DNA of 64,000 nucleotides from Mobula hypostoma (lineage: Eukaryota): assembly GCF_963921235.1 (NCBI RefSeq), contig NC_086097.1, positions 196,976,001 to 197,040,000 of the forward strand. The letters are read 5' to 3'. Position numbers and translations under genes: made by a program. Positions 35,920 to 50,500 of this stretch are shown here, one piece after another (the stretch's first letter is position 1; the number at the start of each line of letters is the position of its first letter). A model generated the notes under the pieces. The model was not told where the DNA came from, did no database searches, and was given only the letters and a program-made list of their open reading frames with translations.

Positions 35920-38710
35920 ATTAGAATGTACACAATTTATGGAACAAGGTAAATGATCTTGTAGTGCAGTTAGATGTTGGTAGGCATGACATATGTGCAT
36001 CACTGAGTAGTGACTGAAAGAAGATCATAGTTGGGAGATTAACATCCAAGTATACACATTGTATCGAAAGGATAGGTGGGTATGCAGTGGGGTTGGGGTG
36101 GCTCTGTTGGGAAAAAATGAAATCAAATCCTTGGAAAGGTGACACAGGATCAGAAGATGTAGAATCCTGTGGTTAAAAACTGAGAGAATAAAAAGACCCC
36201 GATAGGCATTGTACACAGGCCTCTGAACAATAGGCAAGAAGTGGTCTACAAATTACAATGGAATATAGAGAAAATGCATATCAAAGGGGCAATGTTATGA
36301 TAGGGGGATTTCAGTATGCAGATAGACAGGGAAAACCAGTTGGTGCTGGATCCCCAAGTGAGAGAATGTAGAATGCTTATGAGGTGGCTTTTTAGAGCAG
36401 CTTGTGTTTGAGCCTTCGAGCTATTCAGGATTGTGTGTTGAGAAACATACTGGATTTGATTAGGAAACTTAAGCTAAAGGAACCCTCAGGAGACTGTGAT
36501 AGACTGTGGTATGATAGACTTCACCCTGCAACTTGAGAGCTAGAAGCTAAAGTCAGTTGTATCAGTATTACAGTGGAGAAAAGGAAATTACAGGAACATG
36601 AGCTAGGAGCTGGCCAAAGTTGATTGGAAGGGGACACTAGCAGGGATGATGGCAAAACAGCAATGGCGAGAGTTTCTGAAGGCAATTTGAAAGGTGCAGG
36701 ATAGATGCATTACGAAGAAGTAGTATTCTAAAGGCAGAATAACATACCCATGGCTGACAAGGAAAGTCAGAAACAACATGAGGCAAAAAAGAGGACATAT
36801 TATAGAGCAAACATTTGTGAGAAGTTAGAGAATTGGGAAGCTTTTAAATATCAACAGAAGGCAACTTTAAAAAAAAAAGCCATAAGGAGGGAAAAGGTGA
36901 AATATAAAGGTAAGCTAGCCAACAATATTAAAGAGCATAACAAAGGTACATAAAGAGTAAAAGAGAGGTACGAGTAGATATTGGACTGTTGAAAAATGAC
37001 GCTGGAAAGGTTGTAATGGAGAGCCAGGAAATGACGGGTGAACAGAATAAGTATATTGTATCAGTCTTCACTGTGAAGGACACTCGCAGTATGCCAGAAG
37101 TTCAAGAGCGAAAGAGGCAAAACTGAATGATGTTGCTATCACTAGGGTGAAAGTGCTTCAGAAACTTAAAAAGGCCTGAAGGTGGATAAGTCATCTGGAC
37201 TGGATGGACTGCACCCCAGGGTTCTGAAAGAGGTGGCTGGGAAGATAGTGGAAGCATTGGCAATGACCTTTCAAGAATCACTAGATTTTGGCATGGTCCA
37301 AAGGACTGGAAAATTGCAAATGTCACTCCACTCTTCAGGAAGTGGGGGAGGCAGAAGAAAGAAAATTATAGTAGTTGGGAAGATTTTGGAATCAGTTGTC
37401 AAGGATGAGGTTTTGGGGTACTGGAGGCACATGATAAAATACGCCGAAGTCAACATGGTTTCCTTAAGGAAAAATCTTGACTGACAAATCTGCTGGAATC
37501 TTTGAGGAAATAACAAGTAGAATAGACAAAGGAGAATCGGTGGATGCTATGTACTTGGAATTTTAGTAGGCCTCTGACAAGGTGCCCAACGTGAGATTGC
37601 TTAACAAGTTAAGAGCCCATGGTATTACAGGGAATATACTAGCATAGACAGAGGATTCGCTGACTGGCCAGAGGAAGAGAATGGGAATAAACATTGCCTT
37701 TTCTGGTTGGCCGTTTGGTGACCAGGGACCACTTGTGCTGGGACTGATTCTTGTTGTGCTATGTGTCAGTGATTTGGATGACAGAACTCATGGCTTTGGG
37801 GCCAAGTTTGTGGACAATACAAAGGCAGGTGGAGGGTCAGGCCAGTTACAGAAGGACTTAAGCAGGTTTGGAGAATGGGCAAAGAAGTGGCAGATGGAAT
37901 ACAGTGTCGGGAAATGTATGGTCACGTACTTTGGTAGGAGGAACAAAGCGTAGACTATCTTCTGAACAGACAGAAAATTCAGAAATCTGAGGTGCAAAGT
38001 GACTTGGGAGTCCTCAGGCAAGATTCCCTCAAGATCAACTTTCAGTGATGAGGAAGGTAAATGCAATGTTAGCATTCATTTTGAGAGGACTAGAATATAA
38101 AAGCAAGGACGTATTACTGAGACTTTATAAGGCATTGGTGAAGCCTCACTTAGAGTATTGTGAGCAGTTTTGGGCCACTTATCTAAAAAAGGATGTGCTG
38201 ACATTGGGGCAAGTTCAGAGGTGGTTCATAAGAATGATTCTGGGAATGAAAGGGTTATCATATGAGGAGTGTTTGATCACTCTGGGCTTGTATTTACTAG
38301 AATTAAGAAGAATGAAGGGGAATCACATTGAAACCTATCAAATATTGAAAGATCTAGATAGATTGGATGTGAAGAGGATATTTCCTATGGTGTGGGATTC
38401 TAGGACCAGAGGGCACTGCCTTAGAATAGAGAGACGTCCATTTAAAATGGAGATGAGGAGGAAGTACTTTAGCCAGAGACTGGTGAATATATGGAATTTG
38501 TTGCCGCAGGCAACTGTGGAGGCTGGGTCTGTGGGTGCATTTGAGGCAGAGGTTCATAGATTCTTTATTAGTCAGTACATAAAAGATTATGGGGAGAAGG
38601 CTGGAGAATGGGTTGAGAGGGGAAAGTGGATCAGCCATGATGAAATGGCGGAGCAGTCTCAATGGCCAAATGGCCTAATTCTCCCCCGTACTTTATGATT
38701 GTTATGGCCT
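35920..38710 (+). mobile_element. CR1 LINE ORF2, degraded
   Basis: EN through RT and C-terminus (LYKALVKPHLEYCEQFW...WNLLP) with many frameshifts. Confidence 0.9.
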
Positions 38711-39595
38711 AATTGATTTGGCTTTATTTATAGAATCAATAAGAATTAGAATAGAGTAAGGATGGAATTTTCATGTTGGAGTATAAAATTCTAGATAGGG
38801 TAAATCAGCAAGCAAAGCTAGTTGCGCATTCAAAATTTGTGAAAAATTGCATTGAACCTGAATGAAGCTGAGTACTTTGTTAATTTTTATTGAGGGAGAA
38901 TTGATGGCAAAAGAAGTCATTTGGAGCAGTAGTGTGCAGCTATTATCTTGTCCAGGACAGGGTTGGGTTAGGTGGATACAAATTAACATTCCACATTATT
39001 TATGAGGTTACACAAATAAAATAACAATACATAACCAGACTTTGAATCGTGTATGAAAACATAAATGTTGGAGGTTAATAGCAGACTTATTTCTGAATGG
39101 ATTATTACAAGCTAATAACGGATGTATTTCTTAAAATACAAGTAATTGTGCCTGACCTTTTTGTTTTGAAATCCATTTTATAGCCCTTAAGTTGTGGAGT
39201 CAATAACAGCTGAACTGCTGATTCAATCTACATCTCATTGCTTTAAAAATTTTAACTGCATCTTTTTAACATTTAATATAGAAAAATTATGAGTTACAGT
39301 ATATTGGACGTCCATTGTTATGTCTTCGTTCATTGGAGATTTAAATAAATGAAAGTGCTGCCTTTGTTGTGATTGGAATCAAAACAGCCAATAATCTCTA
39401 AGCCAGTGTCAGACCCAAACATTGAATTTTGGTTACTGAATTTCCCTCCCCATCAAATGATCTGTGAATTTAAATACATTTGAAATTAACAAATTAACAA
39501 TCTTTTACAATTAACAAAGCTTAGACCTAAATATATTATTTCTCAAACTTTGCAAGCTAATATTTACCTAGAATAACCATTATTCCTCTCTGTAG

Positions 39596-39675
39596 ACTAA
39601 TTCAGAGGGAGCAGCAGTTTCAACATCGAAGAAAAATTTTATTGATCAGTTCTTCGGAATAGAATATGAAACGTC
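39596..39675 (+). CDS. USP14: USP14 exon 9
   Basis: ctgtag|TNSEGAAVSTSKKNFIDQFFGIEYET(S)|gtatcctttt; 80 nt. Confidence 0.93.
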
Positions 39676-42600
39676 GTATCCTTTTCTTAAAATTAAATCC
39701 AGAGTAAAGCTGTTGGGGAAACCTCTTCTAGAGGAAAAAGTAGAGTTTTTTTTGTTGCATGACTTAAATGTAATTATTGTGCTGTAGCAATAGTGGTGGA
39801 AATATGGACAAACTCTCGATTTCCAGTTGAGTTTGTCTTATTTGCAAATTGAAAACATTGGGCAAGAGGTTTAATTATTAGTACTTAGTCCATATACCCC
39901 AGGCTACTGTGGGAGGGAAGGGAGGAGATTGTTGATCCTTTGGCAATGATCTTTGTATCATCAATGGGGACAGGAGAGGTTCAGGAGGATTGCAGATGTT
40001 CCCTTATTCAAGAAAGGAAGTAGAGATCCAGGAAATTATAGACCAGTGAGTCTTACTTTAGTGGTTGGTGGAGAAGTTGATGGAGAAGATCCTGAGAGGC
40101 AGGATATATAAACTTTTGGAGAGGCGTAATGTGATTAAGAATAATCAGCATGGCTTTGTCAAAGGCAGGTTGTTCCTTATGAGCCGATTGCATATTTTGA
40201 GGATGTGACAAAACATATTGATGAAGATAGAGCTATAGATGTAGTGTATATGGATTTCAACGAGGCATTTGATAAGGTACTCCATGCAAGGCTTATTGAG
40301 AAAGTAAGGAGGCATGGGATCCAAGAGGACCTTGCTTTGTGGATCCAGAATTGTCTTGCTCACAGAAGGTAAAGAGTGGTTGTAGCGGGTCATATTCTGC
40401 ATGGAGGTCGGTGACCAGTGGTGTGCCTCAGGAATCTGTTCTGGGACCCCTTCTCTTTGTGATTTTTATAAATGACCTGAATGAGGAAGTGAAGAGATGG
40501 GTTAGTAAATTTGCTGATGACACAAAGGTTAGGGGTGTTGTGGATAGTGTGGAAGATGGTCGGAGGTTACAGCAGGACATCGATAGGATGCAAAACTGGG
40601 CTGAGAAGTGGCAGATGGAGTTCAACCCAGATAAGTGTGAGCTGGTTCATTTTGGTAGGTCAAATATGATGGCAGAATATAGTATTAATGGTAAGACACT
40701 TGGCAGTGTGGAGGATCAGAGGGATCTTGGGTGCAAGTCCATAGGACACTCGAAGCTGCTGCGCAGGTTGACTGTGTGGTTAAGAAGGCATACGGTGCAT
40801 TGAGCTTTCATCAACAGTGGGATTGAGTTTAAGAGCTGAGAGGTAATGTTGCAGCTATATAGCACCCTGGTCAGACCCCACTTGGGAGTACTCTACACAG
40901 TTCTGGTCTCCTCACTACAGGAAGGATGTGTAAACTATAGAAAGGTGCAGGGGAGATTTACAAGGCTGTTGCCTGGGTTGTGGAGCATGCCCTATGAGAA
41001 TAGGTTGAGTGAACATGGCCTTTTCTCCTTGGAGTGACAGAGGATGAGAGGTGACCTGATAGAGGTGTACAAGATGATGAGAGGCATTGATCATGTGGAT
41101 AGTCAGAGACTTTTTTCCAGGGCTGAAATGGCTAACACGAGAGGGCACAGTTTTAAGCTGCTTGGAAGTAGGTACAGAGGACATGTCAGGGGTAAGTTTT
41201 TTATGCAGAGAGAGGTGAGTGCATGGAATAGACCGTCGGCAACATTGGTGGAGGCGGATACGATAGGGTCTTTTAAGAGACTCCTGGATAGGTACATAGA
41301 GCTTAGAAAAATAGATGGCTGTGGGTAACCCCAGGTAATTTCTAAAGTATGTACAAATTTGGCACAGCGTCGTGGACCGAAGGGCCTGTATTGTGCTGTG
41401 GGTTTTCTATGTTAAACCACTGTGTTCCTCAGCTAGAATGCCTGTCTTCTGATTTACTGTGTGCCAATAATTTGCTGCTGAGCTGACTGTAGAACTCAAC
41501 AAGTAAGCATTGCTGTGCTGATTTTGTGCCTTTCCTGCCCTCCTGTCTCCTGCACATGACCATTCTGATGCACTTAGAGAAGCAGGAAGGCAAGTAGGTC
41601 ATTGGTGGAAGTTGGCATTCTCTGCTGTACTTGGATGTATACTTTGTAATTTACTGGATCAAATCATCTTTGACGTCCATTTATCCATAAATCCGCCCCC
41701 CCGCTGTGTAGTGCAACAGAACTGACTGGCAAACAGTATTTGTAGTTACATCCTGGCACCCCAGACTTCATAAATAACTTATCAGTCCACGCTCTTGTTT
41801 TTCTGTTTCTAAAGCATTTTTTAAAAGTTTATTGCATCAATTGAAGCATCAATTATGTGGCTTATTAGTTTTTATGAATATCATGCACTCCAAAAGGATT
41901 GGTTCGCTAAGATCTAGTCATTTCTCTCTGCCTCCTTAGAGGTAGAGTAGAATGTTGATTTCCTTTTCCCTGAAAAATTATAGGCTCTTTGCTATGTTAG
42001 TTATTATCTGTAAATGTTTACTTCATTTAAAATGGTTTTAAGCTTAAAATATAAAATCTTACCATCGGCAATGAGAAGGCAAGGAATAGCTTCTTTGATT
42101 ATACCTAATCCCTTTATGTCATTGCACCATCTGTTATTGTCACCTTATATCATTAGATTATCTGCCCCATTTTAATTCACACCCCTCTCCTTGCCAATCT
42201 CAAGCAACCTCTCCGTCTTGACTTCGGGCTAACTGGATAACAGAACTAATATTAGTCTTTCTGAATAAAGTGAACTGCCTGTGGAAATGCCACAAAGATG
42301 TAGCTTTCTCTTAATGTGGTCTGGGGCTAAATTTTAGAAAAGCTTCCTGGTCTGGGTAGATACTGCATTTCATCACTTTGCTGCCCTGATAAACTTTTAA
42401 TGGCCACTGTCAAGCACTGAATTTATCAAAACTTCAGACTCCTTCCAAAAACGCCTACATTGTGTCTGGTAAGATTTTTTTTTGTCAAGATCTTTGAACT
42501 ACAGTTTTATGTGAAAAATCAGATTGCGTTAATTTAGTCTGTCTTTTGTTATTTGTTACACTTTGCAGGTCAGTATAGCTTTTGAGAAACAGTAACCTTG

Positions 42601-42872
42601 TAAGCAGTTTTCAAGGGCACTTGAAGGTAAGACTAGACACTTGTTGAAAAGGCTATGTTGTACAAAGCCTTGACAGTCTTGTGTTCAAAGACTGAGGACG
42701 GAAGAAACTATTGAGGACAGGTTTATTTATAAGAAGTTTCAATTGGTTAAACTTCTTCAACTTCTCCAGTGTTTGCTGAAACTGTAAGATTTTAATCTTT
42801 ATGATACATGGAGTTTTTCATCTTTGGCTTTGACAGATCAGTCTTTCAGATTCTTCCTTAACTGTCATAAAG
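39676..42872 (+). other. U12-type (minor spliceosome) GT-AG intron 9 of USP14
   Basis: 5' splice site GTATCCTTT; branch site TTCCTTAAC at 42854-42862 ending 10 nt before the exon; no polypyrimidine tract; frame preserved (TC|C). Confidence 0.93.
39888..41413 (+). mobile_element. CR1 LINE 3' portion inside the U12 intron
   Basis: SGVPQESVLGPLLF, SKFADDTK; 3' tail ttttctatgtt. Confidence 0.92.
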
Positions 42873-42987
42873 CATGAAGTGTACAGAGGCTGAACATGAG
42901 GAGGTAACAAAGGGCAAAGAAACGCAGCTTCAGCTTAGTTGTTTCATTAATCAGGAGGTCAAATATCTATTTACTGGGCTAAAGCTG
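42873..42987 (+). CDS. USP14: USP14 exon 10
   Basis: ataaag|C MKCTEAEHEEVTKGKETQLQLSCFINQEVKYLFTGLKL|gtatgt; 115 nt. Confidence 0.97.
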
Positions 42988-43196
42988 GTATGTATCAAAA
43001 ATTCACATTTTCAAAGATTTCTAAAGATAAATTATGAAATGGGATCAAAATTATTTTACCTTTTTATTCAGGTTTTTAATGTTTTTCTTGTAATTACAAG
43101 TATTTCATTTTTTGTGAGTTACAAATTACCTAAGTATTGGCAAAACCACATCAATTCTAGTAGCTCTCAAAGTAACTTTTATTTTTAACGTTTCAG

Positions 43197-43262
43197 CGTC
43201 TTCAAGAAGAGATCACCAAGCATTCTCCTACATTGCAAAGAAATGCATTGTATATCAAATCT
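43197..43262 (+). CDS. USP14: USP14 exon 11
   Basis: tttcag|RLQEEITKHSPTLQRNALYIKS|gtaagt; 66 nt. Confidence 0.97.
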
Positions 43263-43859
43263 GTAAGTGTAGTATCATAAATCAGTATGTTTGAAAATGA
43301 AAAGAGCATTTGGCAGTTGTTTTCCAGTCGATTAAATATGATCTTTAAAAAAAATTGGATTATTTGAAAACTGCTGTTAGGTTTCTAAAATATGTTGATA
43401 TTTCATGGTTGACAGGCCTTTGTGTTTATTCAGTGACCTGTATGTTACTTTCATCAGGGTTCTTTTTATCCTTGAAGTTTCTTAACTCTAGATCTTGTGA
43501 TCCTATGTCACTTCTTGCCAAAGATTTTATTTTATTTTTAACCAGAGCTAGTCCACCTGCCTTGCCTATTCAATAGGATGTGTATTCATGGATATTTAGT
43601 TCTCAGCCAGGATCATCTTTCAACCACAACTGTTTATTTCTACAACGCCATACCTGCCAAATTCTATCTACACTATAAGCTCATCCCTCCTCCTCGAACC
43701 TTACTCCCTCTGAATGCACTGCCCTCCACTTTCTTCACACCATTCCCAACCTTACCATCAGACCCACAGACAAAAAGGGCACTGTTGTAGTGTGGTGGGC
43801 TGACCTCTACCTTGCTGAGGCCAAGTAGCAAATCTCACACATCTGCTCATACCTTCTGA

Positions 43860-44908
43860 CAGCAATGCAGGTGGATGCTTCCCTGGTATCATGGATTCTT
43901 GATTACCTGACTGGCAGACCACAGTACGTGTGCTTGCAACGCTGTGTGTCCGACAGAGTGATCAGCAGCACTGGGGCTCCACAGGGGACTCTCTTGTCTC
44001 CCTTTCTCTTCACCATTTACACCTCGGACTTCAACTACTGCACAGAGTCTTGTCATCTTCAGAAGTTTTCGGATGACTCTGCCATAGTTGGATGCATCAG
44101 CGAGGGAGATGAGGTTGAGTACAGGGCTACGGTAGGAAACTTTGTCACATGGTGTGAGCAGAATTATCTGCAGCTTAATGTGAAAAAGACTAAGGAGCTG
44201 GTGGTAGACCTGAGGAGAGCTAAGGTACCGGTGACCCCTGTTTCCATCCAGGGGGTCAGTGTGGACATGGTGGAGGATTACAAATACCTGGGGATACGAA
44301 TTGTCAATAAACTGGACTGGTCAAAGAACACTGAGGCTGTCTACAAGAAGGGTCAGAACCGTCACTGTTTCCTGAGGAGACTGAGGTCCTTTAACATCTG
44401 CCGGACGATGCTGAGGATGTTCTACGAGTCTGTGGTGGCCAGTGCTATCATGTTTGCTGTTGTGTGTTGGGGCAGCAGGCTGAGGGTAGCAGACACCAAC
44501 AGAATCAACAGACTTATTCGTAAGGCCAGTGATGATGTGGGGATGGAACTGGTGGTGTCTCTCACGGTGGTGTCTGAAAAGAGGATGCTGTCCTAAGTTG
44601 CATGCCATCTTGGTCAATGTCTCCCATCCACTACATAATGTACTGGGTGAGCACAGGAGTACATTCAGCCAGAGACTCATTCCTCCAAGATGCAGCACAG
44701 GGCGTCATAGGAAGTCATTCCTGCCTGTGGCCATCAAACTTTACAACTCCTCCCTTGGAGGGTCAGACACCCTGTGCCGATAGACTGGTCCTGGACTTAT
44801 TTCATAATTTACATATTATTATTTAACTATTTATGGTTCTATGACTATTTATGGTGCAACTGTAACGAAAACCAATTTCCCCCTGTGATCAATAAAGTAT
44901 GACTATGA
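43860..44908 (+). mobile_element. Rex1/Babar-type LINE, 5'-truncated
   Basis: WILDYLTGRPQYV, STGAPQGTLLSPFLF, KFSDDSAIVG, LNVKKTKELVVD; 3' AATAAA then a (TATGAC) tail. Confidence 0.85.
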
Positions 44909-45848
44909 AGATTTGGCATGACATCTAAAACTCTGACTAATTTCTACAAATGTGTAGTGAAGAGTATATTGACTGGCTGCATCATGGCCTAGTATGGAAA
45001 CAACAACGCCTTTGAACAGAAAGACCTATAAAAAGCAGTGGATACAGCCCAGTCCATCAAGGGTAAAGCTCTCCCCAGCACTGAGCACATCTACACAAAG
45101 CACTGTTACAGTATAGCAGCATCCATCAGCAAGGACCCCAACAACCCAGGCTATGCTCTTTGTTCACTGTTGCCATCAAGAAGAAGGTAGAGGAGCATCA
45201 GAACCCACACCATCAGGTTCAGGAACAGTTATTACCCCTCAACTATCAAGCTCTTGAACCATTGGGGATAATTTCATTCAACTTTACTCAGCCCATCACT
45301 GAACCGTTCTCATAACCTATGTTTGCGAAAGGTGGTGAGAGTGGACAAATAAATGAGGCCAAAAAAGGAAAGATACTCACTTTCTAACCATTCAGAAAGA
45401 TATGCTGGTGTTGGAGAGGGTTTGAGGGAAGTTTATGACAATGAACCCAAAGTACCAAGGATATCTTTCGGAAGCGGTGTCTCAGGAAGGCAGTGTCCAT
45501 TATTAAGAACCTCCAGCACCCAGGGCATGCCGTTTTCTCACTATTACCATCAGGTAGGAGATACAGAAACCTGAAGGCCCATACTCAGTGATTCAGGAAC
45601 AGCTTCTTCCCCCCTGCCATCCAATTCCTAAATGAACATTGAAGCTTTGGTCACTACCTCACATTTTTTTAGCATACAGTATTTCTGTTTTTGCATATTT
45701 TTAAAATCTATTCAATATAGGTAATTGATTTACTTGTTTATTTATTATTATATTTTTTTTCCTCTCTGCTAGATTATGTAGTGCATTGAACTGCTGCTGC
45801 TAAGTTAACAAATCTCACGTCACATGCTAAACCTGATTCTGATTCTGA
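44909..45848 (+). mobile_element. Older Rex1/Babar-like 3' fragments (two)
   Basis: ttgccatcaagaagaaggtag...ttcaggaacag occurs in both pieces; tail ctgattctgattctga at ~45833-45848. Confidence 0.65.
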
Positions 45849-46260
45849 TCCTGGCGATGAAAGGATTAATATATGAGCAACACTTGATAGCTTTAGGCCT
45901 GTACTCGCTTGAGTTTAGAAGGTCAGATCTCACTGAAACCGACAGAATATTGAAATGGCTTAGATAGAGTGAAAGTGGAGAGGATGTTTCCAGTATGGTG
46001 GGGGAGTCCAGAACCAGAGGGCAGAATCCTCAGAATGAAAAGATGTCCCTTTAGCAGAGGGTGAAACCTGGAATTAATTGCCACAGGTGGCTATGGAGGC
46101 CAAGTATGGTGTATTTAAAGTGGAGGTTGAAGGTTTTTGGTAACAAAGGTTATAGGGTGAAGGCTGGAGAATGGGGTTGAAAGGAAGAGTAAATTGGCCA
46201 TGATTGAACAATGGAGCAGACTCAAGGCTGAATGGCCTAATACTGCCACGATGTTTTCTA
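45849..46260 (+). mobile_element. CR1 3' fragment
   Basis: Colinear with 38240-38700. Confidence 0.75.
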
Positions 46261-47068
46261 ACCTTCTGGAGTTAAGAGAAGAAGATGGCATATTATCCGC
46301 AACATTGAGCTAAGTTGCAAAGTCTCCATATTGATTGCTATTTATCCATGGCTCCAGTAGGGATTGATGAATACTGTTCAGATTTCTCCCCTGCCCCTTC
46401 TGTCAAATTTGGGAATGCTGCAGCCAGTTGATCAGCCCTTCTTCCAGCTCTGGTTGTTATCTAGTTTTGCACACCATAGAATCAAATAATCCTGGTTGAA
46501 ACCTATAAGCAAACCAACACCTTTGTTCCAAAATTTTAACATACATTAAATTCTTTCCTTAAATTTCATTTTAAAATACAGTATTTTGGTGTATTAACTC
46601 CTGTTAGGATTTACATTTGACTGTCTCCAGAACTGGTGCATAGTAGCTATAGAGAACAGTATCAACAAAATACATTGTAACTACTAAGCCAGGTTATCTC
46701 AACCAGGTACAGGACTTCTACCACTTCAAAGGAGAAGGATTTTGGGTGGTACCAATTAAGTGGGCTGCATTGTATTGGATGTTTTTGAAATTGTATTCAT
46801 CCAGAGAAGCGGAGTGTGTTTCATCACATTTCTCACCCATGCTTTGTACATGGTGGGAAGGTCTTGGTATCGGAAAATGTGCAATTGAGCTTTGTGCAAT
46901 CATTGTGAACGTCTCTATTTTTTACCTTGTAGTAGACTATTGAACAAATGTTTGTGCTTTTCTGTTGGATAAATCGGATGTGAAACAAGTTATGACAGTA
47001 TGCAGCTATAACGTGTTGCTACTGAGTTTTAATTATTTTAAAATCGTTCTTATTTTCTTGTAATTTAG

Positions 47069-47161
47069 TCTAAACTATGCCGTTTACCTGCCTACCTGAC
47101 AGTTCAGATGGTGAGGTTTTTCTACAAGGAAAAGGAGTCTGTAAATGCCAAAGTTCTAAAG
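47069..47161 (+). CDS. USP14: USP14 exon 12
   Basis: atttag|SKLCRLPAYLTVQMVRFFYKEKESVNAKVLK|gttagt; 93 nt. Confidence 0.97.
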
Positions 47162-47506
47162 GTTAGTAATTGTAATCTGTTGATAGACTGTAGCACATTT
47201 TGGAAGAGAATTTCTTCATTTGCTTCTCTGGATCCCCATTTCATTGATTTTTAAAAAAAGATTTTTTTTAATACAATTTTTATTGAGCTTTCAAAAAGAA
47301 TACATGAAAAGATAAAATCTACCCACCCCCCCTCCCCTGAACCCTCCCCCCCCCCATGTATATAGTCCTACCTAAAAGAAAGAAAGAGAAAAAAAAAAGA
47401 GCCGCCTGGGTATTGGAAGGTTTCCACATGCTCCATGGGATTCAAAATAAATTTGGTATAATTATTCGTTATTTTCCCCAAGTAACCAAATTCTTTGTTG
47501 GAGCAC

Positions 47507-50500
47507 TTAAATATGACATCCTATCTTTTGTAAATAAGGGTGCCAAATATTCAAGAATGTTAGATAATTATCTCTTAAATTATAAGTAATTTTTTCAAGT
47601 GGAATAGAACTAGCCATTTCATTATTCCAACGATCCATACTTAAATACGAATCAGATTTCCAAGTAACTGCTACAGTCTTCTTAGCTACTGCCAATGCAA
47701 TTTTTATAAATTCTTTCTGATATTTATTCAATTTAAGTTTCGGTTTTATCCCTTCAATATCACTTAATAGAAATAATACAGGGTTATATGGAAGTTGAAT
47801 GCCAGTAATTTGTTCCAATAAGACTCTTAAATTTATCCAAAAGGGTTGAATTTTAAAACAAGACCAAGTAGAATGTAAAGAAGTACCAATTTCTTGATTA
47901 CACCGAAAACATTTATCAGATAGATTTGAATTTAATCTATTTATTTTTTGTGGTGTAATATATAATTGGTGTAAAAAATTATATTGTACTAATCTAAGTT
48001 GAACATTTATTGTATTTGTCATACTGTCCAGACAAAGTCTTGACCAATTTATTTCATCAATATTAATATTCAGATCTGTTTCCCATTTTTGCTTTGACTT
48101 ATGGGTTCCTTGTTTAATTGTCTGTTCTTGAATCAAATTATACATACAAGAAATAAATTTTCTAATTTTCCCTTTTTGAATTAAAATTTCAATTTCATTA
48201 GCTTTTGGCAAAAACATTGTTTGACCCAGCTTACCTATTAAGTAAGCCCTTAACTGAAAGTAACAAAAGAAAGTATTATTAGATATTTTATATTTATCCT
48301 TTAATTGTTCAAATGACATCAATATACCTCGCTCAAAACAATCTCCTATAAATTTAATCCCTTTTTGGTACCAATTATATAAAAGTTGATTGTCCATTGT
48401 AAAAGGAATAAGTCTGTTTTGAAACAAAGGTCTCCTTGCTAATAAGATTTCTGTGTTTCCTTATCAACATTTATCTTATTCCATAGATCAATCAAGTGTG
48501 TTAATATAGGAGATTCTTTCTTTTCCCGTATCCATTTAGATTCCCATTTATATATAAAATCTTCAGGTTTATTTTCTCCTATCTTGTCTAATTCTATTTT
48601 AATCCATGCTGGTTTTTGATCATCGAAAAAAGATGCAATAAATCTAAGTTGATTTGCTTTATAGTAATTTTTAAAGTTTGGAAGTTGTAACCCTCCTAAC
48701 CTAAATTTACATGTCAGTTTTTCCAATGATATTCTTGACATTTTACCTTTCCAAACAAATTGTCTCACAGATTTATTTAACTCTTGAAAAAATTTCTGTG
48801 GCAATTGTATTGGTAATGTTTGAAACAAATACTGTAATCTCGGAAATATATTCATTTTTACAACATTGACTCTACCTACTAATGTTATTGGTAGTATCAT
48901 CCATTTGTCAAGATCTTCTTGAATTTTTTTCAATAGTGGTAAATAATTAAATTTATGTAAATTCTTTACATCACTATCAAGTCTTATACCTAAATACTTT
49001 ATACCATTTACCGGCCATCTAAATTGGGTTACTAATTGACATTGACTATAGTCTCCTTTAGTAAGAGACAAAATTTCACTTTTATCCCAGTTTATTTTGT
49101 AACCTGATACCTTCCCATATTCATCCAATCTAGAAGATAATTTATGTAACGAATGTTGTGGGTTTGTTAAATAGATAAAAACATCATCGGCAAAAAGATT
49201 AATTTTATATTCCTCTTGGTTAACTCTAAAACCCATAATATCTGGATCCAATCTAATTAGTTCTGCTAATGGCTCTATCGCCAATACAAATAGAGCAGGT
49301 GATAGTGGACAACCTTGTCTAGTTGACCTTTTTAGCTGAAATGGTGTTGAAATTTGAGAGTTTGTCACTACTTTAGCTTTAGGGTTAGAATTTAGAGTTT
49401 TAATCCAATTTATAAAAGATGTTCCTAACCCATATTTTTCTAATACTTTAAATAAAAAATCCCATTCTAATCTATCAAATGCTTTTTCTGCATCCAAAGC
49501 TACTACTATACTCTTCTCATCCCTTTTTTGTGCCAAATGAATTATACTGAGTAGCCGAGTTACATTATCTGCCAGTTGTCTATTTTTAATAAATCCTGTT
49601 TGATCCATATGTATTAATTTTGGTAAATATTTAGATAATCTATTCGATAAAATTTTTGCTATTATTTTATAATCCGTATTCAATAAAGAAATAGGCCTGT
49701 ATGATGTTGGTTTCATAGGATCTCTGTCCTTTTTTGACAATACTATTACAATCGCTGTTGAAAAAGATTCTGGAAGTTTATGTATTTTTTCTGCTTGACG
49801 TATTAGTTCCATAAAAAGAGGAAATAATAAATCTTTAAATTTTTTATGAAATTCAGGTGGAAAACCATCTTCTCCTGGAGATTTATTACTTTGAAGTGAT
49901 CCTAAAGCTTCTTCAACTTCTTTTAATGTAAAAGGCATATCTAATCCCCTCTGTTCTTCCAAATTCAATTTTGGAAGAGAAACTTGTGATAAAAACCTTT
50001 CTATCTCATTAACATCGTTTTGAGATTCTGATTGATATAATTCAGAATAAAAATTTTTAAAGGTTTCATTTATTTCAAGAGGTTTATAAGATATGTTATT
50101 TGCCCTTGTTCTAATTGCATTTATTGTTTTGGAAGCTTGTTCTGTTTTCAACTGCCAGGCAAGAATTTTATGTGCTCTCTCACCTAACTCATAATACCTT
50201 TGTTTAGATCTTATAATTGCTTTTTCCGTTCTATATGTCTGAAGTGTATTATATTGTAACTTCTTATTGACAAGTTGTCTTCGTTTTTCTTCTGACATAT
50301 ATCTTTGTGATTCTTTTTCTATTCTTGTAATCTCTTTTTCCAATAGATCTAGTTCTGCCATATATTCTTTCTTAATTTTAGACGTATAACTTATTATCTG
50401 TCCCCTAAGATATGCTTTCATCGCATCCCATAGTATAAATTTATCCTCCACTGAATGAAAATTTGTATCCAAAAAAAATTGAATCTGCTTTTTCATAAAA

